From positions 192,001 to 256,000 of the forward strand of contig CAVQYR010000001.1 in assembly GCA_963718235.1 (NCBI GenBank): a DNA stretch of 64,000 bases. Direction: 5' to 3'. Within the stretch, counting starts at the first letter, position 1; the number at the start of each line of letters is the position of its first letter. The notes below the pieces were generated by a model that was given only the letters and a program-made list of their open reading frames with translations, did no database searches and was not told where the DNA came from. This stretch comes from an uncultured Actinomycetota bacterium (GTDB lineage: Bacteria > Actinomycetota > Actinomycetes > JAHEKZ01). This document shows, one piece after another, positions 27,361 through 36,066 of the stretch. Both the position numbers and the translations under genes were made by a program.

Positions 27361-28743
27361 TCAGCTGTTGGCCATGTCGACGAAGCGCGAGTAGTGGCCC
27401 TGGAAGGCCACCGTCACGGTTGCGGTCGGGCCGTTGCGGTGCTTGGCGATGATGAAGTCGGCCTCGCCGGCCCGTGGTGACTCGCGTTCGTAGGCGTCCT
27501 CGCGGTGCAGCAGCATGACGACGTCGGAGTCCTGCTCGATCGAGCCGGACTCACGAAGGTCGGAGAGCATCGGGCGTTTGTCGGTGCGCTGCTCGGGACC
27601 TCGGTTGAGCTGGCTCAGCGCCACCACCGGAACGCCGAGCTCCTTGGCCAGCAGCTTCAGCGACCGCGAGAACTCCGCCACCTCCTGCTGGCGACTCTCG
27701 ACCCGCTTGCCGCTGCTCATCAGCTGCAGGTAGTCGACGACGATGAGCTTGAGGTCGTGGCGCTGTTTGAGCCGTCGGCACTTGGCCCTGATCTCCATCA
27801 TGTTCATGTTCGGCGAGTCGTCGATGAACAGCGGCGCGCTGGCCACCTCACTCATCTTGCGGGCCAACCGGGTCCAGTCGTCGTCGCTCATCGAACCGGT
27901 GCGCATGTGGTGCAGCGCCACTCGTGCCTCGGCCGAGAGCAACCGCATGGTGATCTCGTTGCGGGTCATCTCCAGGCTGAAGATGACGCTGGTGAGACCG
28001 TGTTTGATCGACGCGGCCCGGGCGAAGTCGAGCGCGACGGTCGACTTGCCGAGACCGGGCCGCGCCGCGACGACGACGAGCTGCCCCGGGTGCAGCCCGT
28101 TGGTGAGGTTGTCCAGGTCGGTGAACCCGGTGGGGACGCCGGCCAGCGTCCCGCCCCGCGAGCCGATCGCCTCCAGCTCGTCGAGGGTGCCCTCCATGAT
28201 CTCGGCCAGCGGCAGGTAGTCCTCGCTGGTCCGTCGCTCGGTGACGTGGTAGATCTCCGCCTGCGCGCGGTCGACGGCGTCGTCGACCTCACCGGTGTCG
28301 GAGTAGCCGAGCTGCACGATCCGGGTGCCGGCCTCGACCAGGCGGCGGGAGATGGCCCGCTCGCCGACGATCCGGGCGTAGTACCCCGCGTTGGCCGCGG
28401 TGGGCACCGACGCGATCAGGGTGTGCAGGTAGGGAGCACCGCCGATCCGGGCGAGCTCACCGCGTTTGGTCAGCTCGGCGGCGACCGTGACCGGGTCGGC
28501 CGGCTCGCCGCGGCCGTAGAGGTCGAGCACCGCCTCGTAGACGGTCTGGTGCGCCGGCTTGTAGAAGTCGGTGCCGCGCAGCTGCTCGACGACGTCGGCG
28601 ATCGCGTCCTTGCTGAGCAGCATCCCGCCCAGCACGCCCTGCTCGGCCTCGAGGTCCTGCGGCGGGGTGCGGTCGAAGGAGGGAGTCGGTGGGCCGCCGT
28701 AGCCGACGTCGTCGGCCGGGGTCTGGAACTGCGCGACGGTCAC
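27361..28743 (-). CDS. dnaB: Replicative DNA helicase, no intein
   Basis: PPQDLEAEQ, AARPGLGKS, FSLEM, VDYLQL, SDLRESGSIEQD, KHRNGPT. Confidence 0.97.
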   Translation of the reverse strand: MTVAQFQTPADDVGYGGPPTPSFDRTPPQDLEAEQGVLGGMLLSKDAIADVVEQLRGTDFYKPAHQTVYEAVLDLYGRGEPADPVTVAAELTKRGELARIGGAPYLHTLIASVPTAANAGYYARIVGERAISRRLVEAGTRIVQLGYSDTGEVDDAVDRAQAEIYHVTERRTSEDYLPLAEIMEGTLDELEAIGSRGGTLAGVPTGFTDLDNLTNGLHPGQLVVVAARPGLGKSTVALDFARAASIKHGLTSVIFSLEMTRNEITMRLLSAEARVALHHMRTGSMSDDDWTRLARKMSEVASAPLFIDDSPNMNMMEIRAKCRRLKQRHDLKLIVVDYLQLMSSGKRVESRQQEVAEFSRSLKLLAKELGVPVVALSQLNRGPEQRTDKRPMLSDLRESGSIEQDSDVVMLLHREDAYERESPRAGEADFIIAKHRNGPTATVTVAFQGHYSRFVDMANS

Positions 28744-28776
28744 CGGGCTCCTGTTCGGTCGGGGGTTCGGGACCCA

Positions 28777-28798
28777 TCTCTACCGGTCGGGTCCGACA
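28777..28798 (-). promoter_or_regulatory. PafBC (RecA-NDp)-like DNA-damage promoter
   Basis: TGTCGG-N10-TAGAGA against consensus TGTCGG-N10-TANNNT; last base mismatched. Confidence 0.45.
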
Positions 28799-28811
28799 GA
28801 ACCAAGTAGCC

Positions 28812-28953
28812 CTGGGGACGCCGCTGGGGACGACGTGGGGAACACGCCGGTTCACCCGTGCGTAACCTTCGGGACAAGCGTGTGGATATCCACAGAGCGT
28901 CCGCTCCGCACCCCCTCCGACCTGGGGCGATGCCCGGCGCGGGCTGTGGACGC
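28812..28953. promoter_or_regulatory. DnaA-box-like cluster upstream of dnaB
   Basis: Palindrome TGTGGATATCCACA (28881-28894), CTGGGGACG x2 at 12-bp spacing, TGTGGACG near 28945. Confidence 0.65.
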
Positions 28954-29002
28954 GAGGGAACCGTCCGCTGTCTCAGCCAGTGGGACGATCGGCCGGGCCG
29001 GC

Positions 29003-29764
29003 TCACCGTCGGGCGGCGCGGGCCTCGTGGATCCGGGCCGCCCGGACCCGGTCGGCCAGCCGGTCGTCCAGCCCACTGAGCAGCCCACTGTGCCGCCCAC
29101 TCTGCAGAGGGGTGACGTCGACGCCGACCAGGCCCAGCAGCAGGTCGGCCAGGGCCGGGTTGCGCGGCAGCACCGGACCGTGCAACCAGGTCCCGACGAC
29201 CCGCCCGCTCACCGCACCGTCGTGGTGACCGTCCGCGCCGGGCCCGTTGCCGACCCCGACCTCCAGGGCGGCGAGGGCCGAGGCCTGCGGCCCCAGCAGC
29301 GCGTCGTTGACGTGGTACTCGTAACCGGACAGGGCCGGCAGCCCCCAGGTCGGGTTCGGCTCGGTCACCACCGAACCCGCGGCCCAGGAAGACCGGGTCA
29401 TCTCCACGTCGAGCAGCCCCACGCCCTCGTGAGCCCGGCCGTCAAGGTCGTCGAAACGGGCTGCCAGCACCTCGAACCCGGCGCCGACGCCGAGCACCGC
29501 CGCGCCGGCGGACACCGCGCGCGTCAGCTCACCTCCGTCGCGCAGCCGGCGGGCACACTCGGGCACGTCGACGTCCTCGGAGCCACCGAGCAGGTACAGC
29601 GACGCGTCGTCCGGCACGGCATCGCCGGGGTGCACCACCAGCAGGTCGACCGCGACACCACGCGCGCGGGCGCGGTGGGCGAGCACGACGGCGTTGCCGT
29701 GGTCGCCCTCGGGCTGCATCAGGGACGGGAACAGCTCCACGACGGTGAGCCGCGCCACGGTCAC
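29003..29764 (-). CDS. gatD: GatD/CobQ-like type 1 glutamine amidotransferase lacking the catalytic Cys
   Basis: GDHGN, LGGSED, LHGPVLPRNPALAD; nucleophile elbow reads VGAGFE rather than xCxGxQ. Confidence 0.82.
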   Translation of the reverse strand: MTVARLTVVELFPSLMQPEGDHGNAVVLAHRARARGVAVDLLVVHPGDAVPDDASLYLLGGSEDVDVPECARRLRDGGELTRAVSAGAAVLGVGAGFEVLAARFDDLDGRAHEGVGLLDVEMTRSSWAAGSVVTEPNPTWGLPALSGYEYHVNDALLGPQASALAALEVGVGNGPGADGHHDGAVSGRVVGTWLHGPVLPRNPALADLLLGLVGVDVTPLQSGRHSGLLSGLDDRLADRVRAARIHEARAARR

Positions 29765-31059
29765 GTCGACCGCTCGACGTCGTCGCGACCGAGCACGTCG
29801 AGGACAGCGTTGAAGGCCGGCCAGTTGCCGATCAGGTCGACGTCGCCCGGTGGGAAGGCGCGCAACGCCGTGACGATGTCCTCACCGGCGTTCTCGACGT
29901 CGACCCCCGCGACGGTCAGCCGCAGCTCGAGCTCGGCACCACGGGACCCGACCGCCGTGACCGAGCGACCCGCCAGCCGCTCGAACGGCGCGTCCCACAG
30001 CATCGCGGTGTCCTGGCCGCCACCGCTGCCCCGTCCGTGCATCGCGAGGACCAGGGCCCGCTCCGCGGAGCCAGGGGCGCTCACCGTGGCGAGCGACTCG
30101 GTCCAGCTGGAGGGGTTCTTGGCCAGCAGGACACGCACGGACTTGTCGCCGAAAGGTCGAGGGGCGTAGCGCCCGTCGACGTTCTCGACCTCGGCGACCG
30201 CCGCAGCCGCGACGCCCGCGGGCACGCCCAGCTCGACCGCTGCGGCGAGGGCGAAGAGGGCGTTGACCGCGGCCGCGTGCCCGGGCAGGGCAGCGGGCAG
30301 GGCGACCTCGGTGTCGGGGCCGATCGCGGTCAGCACGCCGTCGACGTGGGCGAGGCGCCACTGCGGCACCGGTCGGGCGAACCCGCAGACCGGGCACGAC
30401 CATGAGCCTTCGGCGCGAGTCAGGTGGACGAGGCAGGTACGGCACAGCTGCGCGTCGTCGACGAAGGTGTCCTCGCCGGCCACCCAGACCACCTCGGGGG
30501 CGGCCGAGACCGCCCAGGCCACCAGAGGGTCGTCGCAGTCGGCCACGACGGTGCACGGCCAGTCGATGCCGGCCAGGGTGGTCCGCCAGTGCTGGGCGAG
30601 CCGCTTGGCCCGCACCCCCCGCTCGAGGAAGTCGCGGCTGAGGTTCATCAGCACGACCACCCGAGGTCGGGTCGCCTCCACCACGACGCCCAGGTAGGCC
30701 TCGTCGGTCTCGAGAACCGCGTACCCAGCCGCGCGGTCGGCGTCGAGCGCGACGACCAGGCCCTCCTCCATGTTGGCGCCCGTGCGGTTGAACGCCGTCG
30801 GCCCGAGCGTGCGGACGGCGGCAGCGAGCAGGGTCGAGGTCGTGCTCTTGCCGTTGGTGGCCGAGACCAGCGCCACCGTGCGGTGGGCGGCCAGGTCGCG
30901 CAGGGTGCGCGGGCGCAGCCGGTAGGCGACCTTGCCTCCGACCTGGGCCCCGCGACCGCGCCCCAGGCGTCGACTCAGGCCCGAGGCGGCGCGCCCCGCC
31001 GCCAGCGCCGCCCGGCTGGCCACCGGGAGTCGCCCGGGCGACGGCTGGTGGTCAGGCAT
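29761..31059 (-). CDS. murT: MurT-like Mur ligase with DUF1727 domain
   Basis: TNGKSTT, GANMEEG, ETDEAY, NLSRD, CxxC...CxxC, LAKNP, LWDAPFE; GTGA overlap with gatD. Confidence 0.87.
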   Translation of the reverse strand: MPDHQPSPGRLPVASRAALAAGRAASGLSRRLGRGRGAQVGGKVAYRLRPRTLRDLAAHRTVALVSATNGKSTTSTLLAAAVRTLGPTAFNRTGANMEEGLVVALDADRAAGYAVLETDEAYLGVVVEATRPRVVVLMNLSRDFLERGVRAKRLAQHWRTTLAGIDWPCTVVADCDDPLVAWAVSAAPEVVWVAGEDTFVDDAQLCRTCLVHLTRAEGSWSCPVCGFARPVPQWRLAHVDGVLTAIGPDTEVALPAALPGHAAAVNALFALAAAVELGVPAGVAAAAVAEVENVDGRYAPRPFGDKSVRVLLAKNPSSWTESLATVSAPGSAERALVLAMHGRGSGGGQDTAMLWDAPFERLAGRSVTAVGSRGAELELRLTVAGVDVENAGEDIVTALRAFPPGDVDLIGNWPAFNAVLDVLGRDDVERST

Positions 31060-31093
31060 CGCCGGCCAGTCTAGGTCGTTCGGGCGCTCCCGA

Positions 31094-31182
31094 CTGTCCC
31101 CAGGGGGCTGTGGACGACGCGCCCGGGATCGGTGGATTGGGGTGAATCGCCTGTGGACAACCCGTGGACAACGCGTAGACAG
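31094..31182. promoter_or_regulatory. DnaA-box cluster between murT and MATE
   Basis: Perfect TGTGGACAA (31152-31160) followed by CGTGGACAA and CGTAGACAG at 11-bp spacing; also TGTGGACGA and CTGTCCCCA. Confidence 0.75.
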
Positions 31183-31215
31183 CCTCGACGCCGGCTGCGG
31201 GTACCGTCGCGCCTC

Positions 31216-32544
31216 GTGCGCCTGGACTCCCGTGACCGAGCGATCCTCGCCCTGGCCGTCCCGGCGTTCGGGGCGCTGGTCGCCGAGCCGCTGTTCCTGC
31301 TGGCCGACGCCGCCGTTGTCGGCACGCTCGGGACGGCCCCGCTGGCCGGGCTGGGCGTTGCCGGCACGGTGCTGGCGACCACCGTCGGCCTGTGCGTCTT
31401 CCTCGCCTACGGGACGACCGCGGTCGTGGCCCGCCGGGTCGGGGCCGGGCGACCCGACGACGCCCTTCGGCTGGGCGCCGACGCGCTCTGGCTCGGCGTC
31501 ACACTCGGCGTCGGTCTGATCGTGGTCGGCCAGGTGCTCACCCCCGCGTTGGTCTCGTGGCTGGGCGCCTCGGCCACAGCGACCCCCTACGCCACCGACT
31601 ACCTGCGGGTCAGTCTGCTCGGGCTACCCGCGGTGATGCTCTCCTTCGCGGCAGTCGGCGTGCTGCGCGGGCTGCAGGACACCCGCACTCCCCTGGTCGT
31701 CACCGTGGCCACCGCCACGCTCAACGTGCTCCTGGACGTCTGGTTCGTCCTTGGGCTCGGCCACGGTGTGGCCGGGTCGGCCTGGGCCACCGTGCTCGCC
31801 CAGACCGCGGGGTCAGTGGTCTACGTCGCCGTCGTGGTCCGCCGTTCGCGCCCATACTCGGTCAGCTGGTGGCCCGACGCCGAGGGCGTGCGGGAGACCG
31901 CGCGGCTCGGCGGGCCGCTGTTCCTGCGCACGGTGGCCCTCCGAGTCGTCTTCGTCGTGTCGGTGTCGGTCGCCGCGCAGGCAGGCGACGCCGACCTGGC
32001 CGCCTACCACGTCTCGTTGCAGGTGTGGCTGCTGCTCTCCCTCGCCCTCGACGCGCTGGCCATCGCCGGGCAGGCGCTGGTCGGACGCGACCTCGGCGCC
32101 TCCGACGTCGTCGCCGCGCGGGCAGACCTGCGTCGGCTGCTGCGCTGGGGGACCGGCGCCGGGTTCGCCCTGGCACTGGTCGTCGCGGCATCGGCCCCGC
32201 TGCTGCCCGCGCTGTTCAGCGCCGACCCGACGGTGGGCGCGCTGCTCACCGGGTCGCTCGTGGTCGTGGCCGCCCACCAGCCGGTGGCGGGGCCGGTCTT
32301 CGTGCTGGACGGCGTCCTGATCGGCGCCGGCGATGCTCGGTGGCTGGCCGGCGCCGGGACGGTGACCCTCTTCGCGTTCCTGCCGGCCGCTGTCCTCGTG
32401 CAGGCGACCGACCGCGGCGTCGTGGGGCTGTGGTGGGCGCTGCTGTGGTTCATGGTCGTGCGGTTGGCGTTGCTGGCGTGGCGGGCCCGCGGCGACACGT
32501 GGATGCGAACGGGCGCCAGGCTGCACGGCGAGCCGGCGGCCTGA
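31216..32544 (+). CDS. MATE family efflux transporter (DinF-like)
   Basis: LAVPAFGALVAEPLFLLAD, FLAYGTT, GVLRGLQDTRTP, LDALAIAGQ, LDGVLIGAGD. Confidence 0.92.
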   Translation: MRLDSRDRAILALAVPAFGALVAEPLFLLADAAVVGTLGTAPLAGLGVAGTVLATTVGLCVFLAYGTTAVVARRVGAGRPDDALRLGADALWLGVTLGVGLIVVGQVLTPALVSWLGASATATPYATDYLRVSLLGLPAVMLSFAAVGVLRGLQDTRTPLVVTVATATLNVLLDVWFVLGLGHGVAGSAWATVLAQTAGSVVYVAVVVRRSRPYSVSWWPDAEGVRETARLGGPLFLRTVALRVVFVVSVSVAAQAGDADLAAYHVSLQVWLLLSLALDALAIAGQALVGRDLGASDVVAARADLRRLLRWGTGAGFALALVVAASAPLLPALFSADPTVGALLTGSLVVVAAHQPVAGPVFVLDGVLIGAGDARWLAGAGTVTLFAFLPAAVLVQATDRGVVGLWWALLWFMVVRLALLAWRARGDTWMRTGARLHGEPAA

Positions 32545-32560
32545 CGCCCGACGAAATCAA

Positions 32561-32593
32561 GAGGAGGGCGGCCCCACCGGGACCGCCCACCTC
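32561..32593. terminator. Hairpin between convergent MATE and rplI
   Basis: GAGGAGGGCGG...CCGCCCACCTC stem. Confidence 0.5.
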
Positions 32594-32611
32594 ACCTAGA
32601 CGCTGTTGCTT

Positions 32612-32659
32612 GGCTGACTACTGGGCTGACTACTGGGCCAACTACTGGGCCAACTACTC
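32612..32659. repeat. 12-bp tandem repeat x4 over the rplI stop codon
   Basis: GGCTGACTACTG x2, GGCCAACTACTG, GGCCAACTACTC. Confidence 0.9.
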
Positions 32660-33100
32660 GGCGACGACGTCGACGTCGAGGTCGACGCTGACCTCCGGGT
32701 GCAGCCGGACGCTGACCCGGTGGCTGCCGACGGTCTTGATCGGCTGGCCGATCTCGATCCGCCGCTTGTCCAGTGCCGGGCCGCCTGCCGCGACCACGGC
32801 GTCGGCGATGTCGCCGACGGTGACCGAGCCGAACAGCCGGCCGGTGTCGCCAGCGCGGGCGGGCAGCGCGACGGTGAGTCCACCGAGCTGGCCCTTGATC
32901 TCCTGGGCGTGGTCGAGGTCGCGCACCTCACGCGTGTCACGCGCGCGCTTGATCTGCGCCACCTGCTTCTCGCCACCGCGCGTCCAGCTGGTCGCCAGCC
33001 CCCGCGGCATCAAGAAGTTGCGCCCGTAGCCGTCCTTGACCTCGACGACGTCGCCGGGGCTACCGAGGCCGGTGACCTCCTGGGTGAGGATGAGCTTCAT
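32654..33100 (-). CDS. rplI: 50S ribosomal protein L9
   Basis: [13 protein letters not shown]...[16 protein letters not shown]. Confidence 0.97.
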   Translation of the reverse strand: MKLILTQEVTGLGSPGDVVEVKDGYGRNFLMPRGLATSWTRGGEKQVAQIKRARDTREVRDLDHAQEIKGQLGGLTVALPARAGDTGRLFGSVTVGDIADAVVAAGGPALDKRRIEIGQPIKTVGSHRVSVRLHPEVSVDLDVDVVAE

Positions 33101-33114
33101 GTCGGTCGGCCTCC

Positions 33115-33351
33115 TCAGCGCGCGGTGCTGGTGTAGGGCAGCAGCGCCATCTCACGGGCGTTCTTGACGGCCATGGCGACGTCGCGCTGGTGCTGGGTGC
33201 AGTTGCCGGTGACCCGACGGGCCCGGATCTTGCCGCGGTCGGAGATGTACTTGCGCAGCAGGTTGGTGTCCTTGTAGTCGACCGAGTCGGCCTTGTCCTT
33301 GCAGAACGCGCAGACCTTCTTCTTGGGCTTGCGCAGGGGCGGTTTCGCCAT
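33115..33351 (-). CDS. rpsR: 30S ribosomal protein S18 (Zn-binding form)
   Basis: [26 protein letters not shown]. Confidence 0.97.
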   Translation of the reverse strand: MAKPPLRKPKKKVCAFCKDKADSVDYKDTNLLRKYISDRGKIRARRVTGNCTQHQRDVAMAVKNAREMALLPYTSTAR

Positions 33352-33408
33352 CGTGGTGCTCCAGGGTCGAAGCCCCGCTCGGGGCGGGGATGGGCGGATG
33401 GAAAGGGG

Positions 33409-33909
33409 TCAGAACGGTGGTTCGTCGGACGCGGCCTTCGCGCTGCCGCCTCCCCACGAGTCGCCAGCGGGTGCGGCCGACGCCCAGGGGTCGTCGGCGG
33501 CTGCTCCGCCGCCTCCACCCCCGAAGCTGCCACCGCCACCACCGCGCGAGGCCTTGGTGACCTTCGCCGTGGCGTACTTCAGGGACGGGCCGACCTCGTC
33601 GACCTCGATCTCGTAGACCGTGCGCTTCTCGCCCTCACGGGTCTCGTAGCTGCGCTGCTTGAGCCGGCCCTGCACCATGACCCGCATGCCGCGCTGCAGC
33701 GACTCGGCGGCGTTCTCGGCCGCCTGCCGCCAGACCGAGCACCTCAGGAACAGCGCGTCGCCGTCCTTCCACTCGTTGGTCTGCTTGTCGAAGAAGCGCG
33801 GGGTCGACGCCACCGTGAAGTTGGCCACGGCGGCCCCGGAGGGCGTGAAGCGCAGCTCGGGGTCGTCGGTCAGGTTGCCGACAACCGTGATCGTGGTCTC
33901 ACCAGCCAT
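33409..33909 (-). CDS. ssb: Single-stranded DNA-binding protein
   Basis: [17 protein letters not shown]; C-terminal DEPPF. Confidence 0.97.
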   Translation of the reverse strand: MAGETTITVVGNLTDDPELRFTPSGAAVANFTVASTPRFFDKQTNEWKDGDALFLRCSVWRQAAENAAESLQRGMRVMVQGRLKQRSYETREGEKRTVYEIEVDEVGPSLKYATAKVTKASRGGGGGSFGGGGGGAAADDPWASAAPAGDSWGGGSAKAASDEPPF

Positions 33910-33918
33910 GTCAGCCTC

Positions 33919-34209
33919 CTACCGGACGTCCGGACGCATGACCTTGGTGCGCAGCACGGCCTCGTTGAGGTTGAGCTGGCGGTCGAGCTCCTTGACGGCG
34001 TCGGGCTCGGCGGTCATCTCGACGACGGCGTAGATGCCGTCGGACTTCTTGTCGATCTCGTAGGCGAGACGACGACGGCCCCACAGGTCGACCTTGTCGA
34101 CGGAACCGCCGGACTGGCGGATCACGTTGAGGAACTGGTCGAGCGAGGGGGAGACGGTGCGCTCCTCGAGATCGGGGTCGAGGATCACCATGAGCTCGTA
34201 CTGACGCAT
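33919..34209 (-). CDS. rpsF: 30S ribosomal protein S6
   Basis: [22 protein letters not shown]. Confidence 0.97.
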   Translation of the reverse strand: MRQYELMVILDPDLEERTVSPSLDQFLNVIRQSGGSVDKVDLWGRRRLAYEIDKKSDGIYAVVEMTAEPDAVKELDRQLNLNEAVLRTKVMRPDVR

Positions 34210-34214
34210 GCGGC

Positions 34215-34270
34215 GCCAACCTCCTTCGGACTGAGAACGGCCACGGTCCATCCGTGGCAGGAGGGCGTTG
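34215..34270 (-). ncRNA. S6:S18 ribosomal protein leader (rpsF 5' UTR)
   Basis: Minus strand CCTCCT-GCCACGG-loop-CCGTGGC-CG...AGGAGG: inner stem, adjacent CCG, outer stem pairing the SD. Confidence 0.7.
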
Positions 34271-34358
34271 CGTCGTGCCGGCACCCAAGAGCTGAGCGAC
34301 CCACGCGGACCACCGGCCCCGGCACAGGGTGCCCAGGGTAGTGGCGGGGTCGCCCAGA

Positions 34359-35165
34359 TCAGAAATCGGACTGGGGACGCCGGGGTGCCTCGCGCTCCTG
34401 TGGACTAGGGCGCCGGGCGACGAAGACGTGCTCCTGGCCCGGGCGGTCGGGGGCCTCACGCACCTCGACGACGGCGAACCCCGCGGCGGTCAGCTGGGCT
34501 GACACGACGTCGGGGCTGCGGAACCGCAGCGTGGAGTCGGAGACCAGCGTCTGGCCGTCGTCGAAGCAGAATGTCCATCGGAAGGTGACCTGGTCGTCGA
34601 GCACCCGGGTGACGTCGACCCAATGGTCGACCCAGTGGTCGACCCACTGGTCGACCCCCGCGAGCGTGAGCCGCTCAGACGACCGCTCGCGGGTCCACTC
34701 CCGCCACGCCTCCCGAGCCGGGTCGCGGGTCTCGAACACCAGGTGGCCCCCGGGACGGACCACCTGGTGGACCGCGCGCAGGGCGGTGAGCCACTCGTCA
34801 TCACTGACGAACACCTGGGCCACGTTCCCGGTCATCGTCGCCAGGTCCACGAGCAGCGGGTCCTCGAGACCGTCGACCAGCCGGGGCAGCGACGCCGCGT
34901 CACCGTGCAGCCAGCGCACCCGGTCGGCACCCGGCTTGGCTCGGGCCACCTCCAACGACGCCAGCGCCGGGTCCAGACCGATGGTCTTCACCCCGTGCTC
35001 GGCGAGCAGGCAGGTGAACGTCCCGGTGCCGCACCCCACGTCGAGCACCGAGCGGGCACCGAGCTCGTCGACGAGGGCGAGGTAGTGATCGAGGTCCGGA
35101 CGGGCGCCTTCGATGGCGTCGTAGTGCGCGACGAGCCGCGCGTCGGCGAAGATCCGGTCGGGCAC
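34359..35165 (-). CDS. Class I SAM-dependent methyltransferase
   Basis: [24 protein letters not shown]. Confidence 0.88.
   Translation of the reverse strand: MPDRIFADARLVAHYDAIEGARPDLDHYLALVDELGARSVLDVGCGTGTFTCLLAEHGVKTIGLDPALASLEVARAKPGADRVRWLHGDAASLPRLVDGLEDPLLVDLATMTGNVAQVFVSDDEWLTALRAVHQVVRPGGHLVFETRDPAREAWREWTRERSSERLTLAGVDQWVDHWVDHWVDVTRVLDDQVTFRWTFCFDDGQTLVSDSTLRFRSPDVVSAQLTAAGFAVVEVREAPDRPGQEHVFVARRPSPQEREAPRRPQSDF
34614..34657. repeat. 12-bp in-frame tandem repeat ([14 protein letters not shown])
   Basis: GTCGACCC core at 34614, 34626, 34638 and 34650. Confidence 0.8.
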
Positions 35166-35259
35166 GCCACGACTCTAGGAACCGGGCCGGACGGGCGTCG
35201 AGCCCGTTTCCTCGGCGGCACCTCGTCGTGGGCCGGTCGACCCCTGACAGGATCGAGTC

Positions 35260-36057
35260 ATGCGCCTTGCCACCTGGAACGTGAACTCGGTGACCTCCCG
35301 GCTGCCCCGGTTGCTCGAGTGGCTGGAGTCGACGGCGCCGGACGTGGTGTGCCTGCAGGAGACCAAGGTCGCCGACGACGCGTTCCCCGCCGAAGCGGTG
35401 GCCGCACTCGGCTACGAGACCGCGCACCTGGGCCAGGGTCGCTGGAACGGGGTCGCGATCGTCTCGCGGGTCGGGATCGCCGACGTCACCCGTGGGTTCT
35501 CCGGGGCCCCCGGGTTCCCCGACGCCGACACCTTCGAGGCGCGTGCTTTGGCAGCCACCTGCGGACCGGTGCGGGTCTGGTCCCTGTACGTGCCGAACGG
35601 GCGCGAGCCGGACAACCCTCACTACGCCTACAAGCTGCGCTGGCTGGCCGCGCTCACCGAAGCGGTCCGTGGCGAGGCGTCGGCAGACACTCCGTTCGTC
35701 CTCACCGGCGACTTCAACGTCGCTCCCGACGACGTCGACGTCTGGGACGTCACGAAGTTCGTCGGCGCGACGCATGTCACCGAGGCCGAACGGGGGGCCC
35801 TGGCCAGACTGCGCGCGCTCGGTCTCAGCGACGTCATGCCGCGCGCACTCAAGGGTCCGCACCCGTACACGTTCTGGGACTACCGCGGCGGCGCCTTCCA
35901 CAAGGCCGAAGGCATGCGCATCGACCTGGTGTACGGGAACGCCGCCTTCAGCAGCGCGGTCAGCGACGCCTACGTCGACCGGGAGGCACGCAAGGGCAAA
36001 GGACCGTCGGACCACGCACCGGTCGTCGTCGACCTCGACCTGCCCGCGGCTCCGTAG
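35260..36057 (+). CDS. xth: Exodeoxyribonuclease III / AP endonuclease
   Basis: ATWNVNS, LQETK, YVPNG, GDFN, RIDL, SDHAPV. Confidence 0.95.
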   Translation: MRLATWNVNSVTSRLPRLLEWLESTAPDVVCLQETKVADDAFPAEAVAALGYETAHLGQGRWNGVAIVSRVGIADVTRGFSGAPGFPDADTFEARALAATCGPVRVWSLYVPNGREPDNPHYAYKLRWLAALTEAVRGEASADTPFVLTGDFNVAPDDVDVWDVTKFVGATHVTEAERGALARLRALGLSDVMPRALKGPHPYTFWDYRGGAFHKAEGMRIDLVYGNAAFSSAVSDAYVDREARKGKGPSDHAPVVVDLDLPAAP

Positions 36058-36066
36058 GCTTCGCCC

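Noticed and set aside
27361-28743. Intein in dnaB
   Set aside because: 460 aa with contiguous helicase motifs and no insertion
28812-31182. DnaA-box clusters as oriC
   Set aside because: No dnaA or dnaN and no AT-rich unwinding element; gene order places oriC beyond rsmG, outside the window
34359-36057. Methyltransferase plus nuclease as a restriction-modification system
   Set aside because: The methyltransferase lacks DNA-MTase catalytic motifs (DPPY, NPPY, PCQ) and the nuclease is housekeeping ExoIII
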